A stretch of DNA of 63,724 nt, counting the filler, from Desulfonatronovibrionaceae bacterium (GTDB taxonomy: Bacteria > Desulfobacterota > Desulfovibrionia > Desulfovibrionales > Desulfonatronovibrionaceae), in the NCBI GenBank assembly GCA_046539845.1. It is 4 parts of 4 records of this genome, joined end to end, with 100 filler letters (N's around TTAATTAATTAA, not from the genome) between each part and the next. Parts side by side here need not be neighbours in the genome. Positions count along the whole stretch, not along the records: positions 50,566 to 63,724 come from JBKHGE010000053.1; 3 more parts are not named here. One strand, given 5' to 3'. Positions 58,919-63,724 of this stretch are shown piece by piece (within the stretch, counting starts at the first letter, position 1; every line of letters begins with the position of its first letter). Made by a program: the position numbers and the translations under genes. Below the pieces are notes generated by a model that saw nothing but the letters and a program-made list of their open reading frames with translations, was not told the origin of the DNA and searched no databases.

Positions 58919-61312
58919 ATGCAAAACATATCCGATCCCACGGCAATTCTCAAGCGCGAGGACCTGATCGCTATGGAAGGTCCCTTATACGCCACTCTCG
59001 CCCCCTTTTTCCCCGGAATGAGCTTAAGCCTGTTCTTCCCCCCCAAGGTGCCGGAAAACATGCGTACCGAACACGGATACACCATCCTGGAAGAAAAGGA
59101 CAGGCTCCTCTTACCCTTGGTCCAGAACAATACCCTGCTGGGCATTATGGTGGCCAGAAGGACCAAGGATCAAAGTACAGAAATGCCAAAGACCGAGGTG
59201 CTGACCCCGGTCCTGGACCTGTGCCTGGAGAATCTACGTCTGTACAAGGCAAAGAGGACCGACCCGCTCACCGAATTGTATAACCGGGGCACGTTTTTGG
59301 ATATCGCCGCCCGGGACATCGAACAGATATGCTCCGGACTGGAATCCGGTGCCAGTGCCTGGCCGGAAAGCACATTCAAGGCCATGTTCAGCGTAATGGT
59401 GGTCAAGGTGGACAACCTGCGGCACATAAGCAGCCGCTATGGATTCGCCCTAAGCGACCGGGTCCTGCAACAGGCCGCGGGATGCGTTAAACAGGCCGCA
59501 CCCGACCACGCTGTGGCCGCCCGCCTGGAAGGCGACGACGAAATCGCCCTGCTTTTGTCTAACACCAACCACCGGGCGGGGAAACAACTGGCCCGGGACA
59601 TCGCGGCCAAAGTAGCCGGCATCGAGCTCAGGACGCCGCTTACCCGGGAGAGGGTGGTGCTGTCCGTCAGCGCCGGCCTGGCCTCTTTTCCCCAGGACAT
59701 AGACGGACCCGGCGGAGGAAACGCCCCGCTGGACACGGCCAGAAACATCCTGGAAAAAGCCAGGACCGCCCGCAGGTATGCAGCCGGGCTGAACCGCCCT
59801 TTCTGCGCCTTCAGTCGTATCCTGCGCTCCGGAGGCAGGATCATTGAACCTTTGCCTCTGGGGCGGGTATTGGTTGATGTGGGCAGATTCGCCGGTGCCC
59901 GGGAAGGACAGCGCTTTGTGGTTACTTCGGACAGCTACGGGACCGGAGGCGGAGATGCCCCGGAGCGCCCTTTTCTGCCCAAAGCGGAGATCGTGCTCGT
60001 GGACGTCCGGGACCGAGAGGCCATGGGAGAAGTACTCCAGTTAAACGATCCTGCCTGGCCCATAGCCAGCGGCGACACCTTGGACCTGCTTCCCAGGGAC
60101 CGGGAGCTGCAGATAAGCGACGGGCAGAAAGAAAGCAGGTCCAATCCCAGCCGCGACCCTTTGACCGGCCTATTCACCCACCGCGATTTTCTGCATTTCT
60201 GGGACCGGATAAAAAACGAACCCGAAACATTTTCTTTGCTTATCATCCGTCTGGGAGAGAACGGAATGGTTCGGGGACCGGAATACAGCGAGAACCAGGA
60301 GCTGAAAAAAATTGCGGAAAGGACTTCCGAGCACCTGCCCCAGAACAGCGTGGGCGGGAGATATGGATCCGGCTCCCTTATTTTCTTTATCCCCGGGATG
60401 CGGCCTGAAGATATTTACCCCTCCTGTTTGCGCATGGAGGAAATCTGCCGCAAGGAGTTGGGAATGCACTCCTGCATGGGTATTGCCGGATACCCTTTTT
60501 TGGATCACTCCCGCTCTGCAGTCATTCGCAATGTACACAAGGCCCTTGAGCACGCTTTGATGCTTTCTCCTCCCCGGGTGGCAGTGCTGGACAGCCTATC
60601 CTTCAATATCAGCGCGGACCGATTCTTTGCCGAAGGCGATCTGTTCTCGGCCCTGGAGGAATACAAGACATCCCTCACCCTGGATGCAAATAACCACCTG
60701 GCCCGTAATTCCCTGGGGATATGCTATGCCAGACTGGATATGCTCCCGGAGGCAAGCTCCTGTTTCCGGGAGACTGTTTCCAGGGCGCCGGAGGACAGCA
60801 TAGCCCTGTACAATCTGGGCTGCGTCTGCATGCGGCTGAACGAAACAGACGAGGCCCAAAAGGCCTTTGAAAAGGTACTGGCCGCAGATCCACAACAGGT
60901 GTTCTGCCTGTTCAGACTGGGGCTGCTGGCCGAGGGGCGGGGCGAGCTGGACCGAGCGGCTGCCTATTATCAAAAGGCAAAAGACAGCGAACAGGGAAAG
61001 ACAATAGCTCCCAGGCATTTGGCCCGAGTGGCCTTTAAAAAGGGCGACCTGGAGACCGCCCGGGACCTGCTGCATCAAGCCCTGGTTACCTATCCCCGCG
61101 ACCCGCATTCTTTGCATCTGCTGGCCCGGATATATCTCCAGTCCGGAGACGATCCGGAAATGGCCGAGATGCTGGCCCGGCAAAGCGCAAGCCTGGCCCC
61201 GGACAGCCGCGAATATCTGCTCACCCTGAGCCGGGCACTTGAGGCCCAGGGCAAAAAAGAAGAGAGCGAGCTGGCCCAGGCCAGGGCGCAAAGCCTGCAT
61301 GCCCCCGGCTGA
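58919..61312 (+). CDS. Tandem degenerate GGDEF-domain protein with C-terminal TPRs
   Basis: DPLTEL.N...RLEGDDE and DPLTGL...RYGSGS, followed by TPR repeats. Confidence 0.85.
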   Translation: MQNISDPTAILKREDLIAMEGPLYATLAPFFPGMSLSLFFPPKVPENMRTEHGYTILEEKDRLLLPLVQNNTLLGIMVARRTKDQSTEMPKTEVLTPVLDLCLENLRLYKAKRTDPLTELYNRGTFLDIAARDIEQICSGLESGASAWPESTFKAMFSVMVVKVDNLRHISSRYGFALSDRVLQQAAGCVKQAAPDHAVAARLEGDDEIALLLSNTNHRAGKQLARDIAAKVAGIELRTPLTRERVVLSVSAGLASFPQDIDGPGGGNAPLDTARNILEKARTARRYAAGLNRPFCAFSRILRSGGRIIEPLPLGRVLVDVGRFAGAREGQRFVVTSDSYGTGGGDAPERPFLPKAEIVLVDVRDREAMGEVLQLNDPAWPIASGDTLDLLPRDRELQISDGQKESRSNPSRDPLTGLFTHRDFLHFWDRIKNEPETFSLLIIRLGENGMVRGPEYSENQELKKIAERTSEHLPQNSVGGRYGSGSLIFFIPGMRPEDIYPSCLRMEEICRKELGMHSCMGIAGYPFLDHSRSAVIRNVHKALEHALMLSPPRVAVLDSLSFNISADRFFAEGDLFSALEEYKTSLTLDANNHLARNSLGICYARLDMLPEASSCFRETVSRAPEDSIALYNLGCVCMRLNETDEAQKAFEKVLAADPQQVFCLFRLGLLAEGRGELDRAAAYYQKAKDSEQGKTIAPRHLARVAFKKGDLETARDLLHQALVTYPRDPHSLHLLARIYLQSGDDPEMAEMLARQSASLAPDSREYLLTLSRALEAQGKKEESELAQARAQSLHAPG

Positions 61313-61471
61313 TCCACTTCCTGCCCGGCATGTACAGAGGATTTTGCAAGGAACAAAAATGATTTTTGCCCAAAGGGATCAAGGGTATTGAAAAATACTC
61401 AGAAAAAGTCTATGGACTGATCTGATACAGGTGGAAACAGATGTTACCCCAAAAACTTCATGGAGGACTCT

Positions 61472-61663
61472 ATGGCACGGACAATAACAATTGACGAGGA
61501 ATGTTGCATGGGCTGTGAAGCCTGTGTGGAGGTATGCCCTGATGTCTTCGGCTTCAATGAGGATGAAGAAAAGGCTTATGTTATCGATCCCAATGCCGGG
61601 ACCGACGAGGATGTTCAGGAAGCGGCCGAGACCTGTCCTGGAGAGTGCATCGTTATCGAGTAG
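61472..61663 (+). CDS. Single-cluster ferredoxin
   Basis: CMGCEAC...CP and C-terminal CP..CI; GGAGG RBS. Confidence 0.93.
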   Translation: MARTITIDEECCMGCEACVEVCPDVFGFNEDEEKAYVIDPNAGTDEDVQEAAETCPGECIVIE

Positions 61664-61694
61664 CCCTTTTGAACAGACAGCGGTAGATTAAAGA

Positions 61695-61724
61695 AGAGGC
61701 CCGGCGAATCGCCGGGCCTTTTTT
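61695..61724 (+). terminator. Rho-independent terminator after ferredoxin
   Basis: AGGCCCGGCG...CGCCGGGCCTTTTTT. Confidence 0.85.
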
Positions 61725-61725
61725 A

Positions 61726-61947
61726 TCATCCTGGTGTGCAGGAACTCCTTGCGGCCTTTTTTATGCGGCGCATGAATTCCTCCCGGTCCAGACCGTATTT
61801 GCGGATGACCTCAGCCAGGGTATCGAACAGAGAACTGCAGCAGATGCACTCCCCGGCCTGGCCGTCATAGGCCTTAAGGACCGGTTCCGTTTCCCTGTAG
61901 CTGGATATAACTTCCAGAACAGTCATCTCCGGATGGATATCGTCCAT
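61726..61947 (-). CDS. Small hypothetical protein (DUF1858-like)
   Basis: I.PEMTVLEVI..Y.ETE.V, CICC.SLFDTL and YGLD. Confidence 0.7.
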   Translation of the reverse strand: MDDIHPEMTVLEVISSYRETEPVLKAYDGQAGECICCSSLFDTLAEVIRKYGLDREEFMRRIKKAARSSCTPG

Positions 61948-61974
61948 AACACCCGCTTTTGCCGCCCTTTCGGA

Positions 61975-63210
61975 TTACATGGAAGCGATTTTCTCCCTAG
62001 TCCACACTTTCGGATCTTCCAGGCGCTCTGCCTTCGGGCCCGGATCATGGCTCTTTTTATCCAGCAGAATTTCCTTGACTATATCCCCGGTTTCTCCGGC
62101 ATTAAACACGTCTTGCAGCAAAAAGAAGGTAAAGTCTTCCACTGCTTTTACCATCCGTTGGCGGACATTGCGGGGTTCACTCTGGAGCAGATTTTCAAAC
62201 GGCAGATTCAACTTTTTGTAGTTATTTTTCTGCCACCCCTGCTCGTTGGCGTAGGCAACCATCTCCTCCCACAGCTCGTCTGTCACGCCCTTGTCCGATT
62301 CCTTGATAAAATTGCCCTGCGCATCAAGCTCGGCGTTTCCGAATTCATTCACGCGCACCCCCCAGGAAAGCATCTGCAGGGCAGTGGCTACATTGGCCTT
62401 GGTGGTCCGGGTGTTTTTTACAATCCGGCGCAGGTGATCATAATTATTACCTGATGTCCCGTGCTGGGCACCGGATACCTTGTATGGCTCAAGGGCCGCA
62501 TGAATCTCGGCGGTCAACTCCACGTCAATATCCCCGCCGGTTGACTCCAGACCGTGCGTGGACCCGTTATTCAGGGCGATCCAGTCCGGGAACAGAGCGC
62601 TAGCGTTAAGACCGCGGATCAAAAACAGGGCCTCTTCCGGAGTAGACATGCCGGACTTGCCCTTTATCTCGCCCACCTCGGTTTCATACCCGGACCAATT
62701 TGGAACATACTCGGCCAGTTCCAGATTGGCCAATAGATTATCTTGGTCCGGGAGATGTGAGGCATCAATGGCAATGGAAGTTACTCCGGCATCAAATACG
62801 GACGGGATCTGGACCTTGGCCTTCTGGAGATCCCCTTCGTTCTTGATCGCAAAATGGTCGGCATGTATCGCCACCGGCACGGTAACCCCAAGTTCGTTGC
62901 AAAAGGCATCCACAATCCGGGCCAGATTCCACATATTCACGGCGCAGTAAGGTTTGGGGCCGCCCTCGGACTTGGCGATCTCCAGAATGACCGCGGCATT
63001 GGCTCGCTGCGCCGCCTTTAATACCCCGCGGATAACAAAGGTATTGCGACCATTCGCCGCAATGGTCATGGCCCCTGTTTTCTGGCGCATGGCCCGGTCC
63101 ACAATTTTGCCGCTGACCAGAAGGGCCCGGGAATTGGGGAAAAGCTCGGTCACATTGGGCGGCCTTCCGACCCGCAAGAGTTCATCATAATTCTTGTCTA
63201 AACTGAGCAT
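61975..63210 (-). CDS. fba: Class II fructose-bisphosphate aldolase
   Basis: IHADH, IDASH, ETEVGEI, NGSTHG, QHGTSG and KANVAT. Confidence 0.9.
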   Translation of the reverse strand: MLSLDKNYDELLRVGRPPNVTELFPNSRALLVSGKIVDRAMRQKTGAMTIAANGRNTFVIRGVLKAAQRANAAVILEIAKSEGGPKPYCAVNMWNLARIVDAFCNELGVTVPVAIHADHFAIKNEGDLQKAKVQIPSVFDAGVTSIAIDASHLPDQDNLLANLELAEYVPNWSGYETEVGEIKGKSGMSTPEEALFLIRGLNASALFPDWIALNNGSTHGLESTGGDIDVELTAEIHAALEPYKVSGAQHGTSGNNYDHLRRIVKNTRTTKANVATALQMLSWGVRVNEFGNAELDAQGNFIKESDKGVTDELWEEMVAYANEQGWQKNNYKKLNLPFENLLQSEPRNVRQRMVKAVEDFTFFLLQDVFNAGETGDIVKEILLDKKSHDPGPKAERLEDPKVWTREKIASM

Positions 63211-63420
63211 GATAAAGACCTCCCTTTGCTCCGATTCCCTCCCAGCCGTTAACGGGAAGAGAAACCGGATATTTTTATCCGCAAATCTCCCTCATAATCC
63301 ATTTACTGGACCATACTTAACTCAAAACAAGGTAATTTGTCCATTATGTCTACATCTGAACTTATAAAATATATGGGGCGCAAGCCTGGGGCATCTTTGG
63401 GAAAGAATTATCTCCATACA

Positions 63421-63636
<216 letters not shown>

Positions 63637-63640
63637 CACT

Positions 63641-63678
63641 AAAAAAGCCCCGAGAGACTTGCATCTCTCGGGGCTTTT
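63641..63678. terminator. Rho-independent terminator (intron target site)
   Basis: AAAAAAGCCCCGAGAGA...TCTCTCGGGGCTTTT. Confidence 0.9.
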
Positions 63679-63724
63679 CGGACTTTAGCAAATCGCTAAA
63701 GATTGTTTTCTGGCTCCCCGGGAC

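Overview
A 63.7 kb window from a draft genome. Gene content and order (cysteine synthase-CysRS-like fusion, frdCAB-fumarase, lnt-prfB-GGDEF-FlhG-IHF-dapF-dapA, birA-pyc-ppsA, dxs-thiC, rplU-rpmA-obgE-proB) point to a sulfate-reducing Desulfovibrionales bacterium (inference). It contains three artificial 100-nt assembly gaps (N runs with a TTAATTAATTAA linker), so adjacency across gaps is not guaranteed. Most of the window is housekeeping and central metabolism. The main signals missed by the ORF track are: (1) an 81-aa ORF with an in-frame Cys-TGA and a strong SECIS-like hairpin at 56223-56468 (-), a candidate unannotated selenoprotein; (2) a UshA-like CxxU selenoprotein at 28468-29322; (3) the prfB +1 frameshift; (4) a dense non-coding patch at 33855-34510 with tandem repeats, hairpins, a dispersed palindromic repeat family and a promoter-led structured RNA resembling an orphan IS110 bridge-RNA region; (5) traces of mobile elements: IS3 ends with a target duplication around gap 1, an IS200/IS605 right end at gap 3, a truncated group IIC intron behind a terminator, and a tmRNA-like 3' end at gap 2. 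All calls are by eye; no database searches or folding programs were run.
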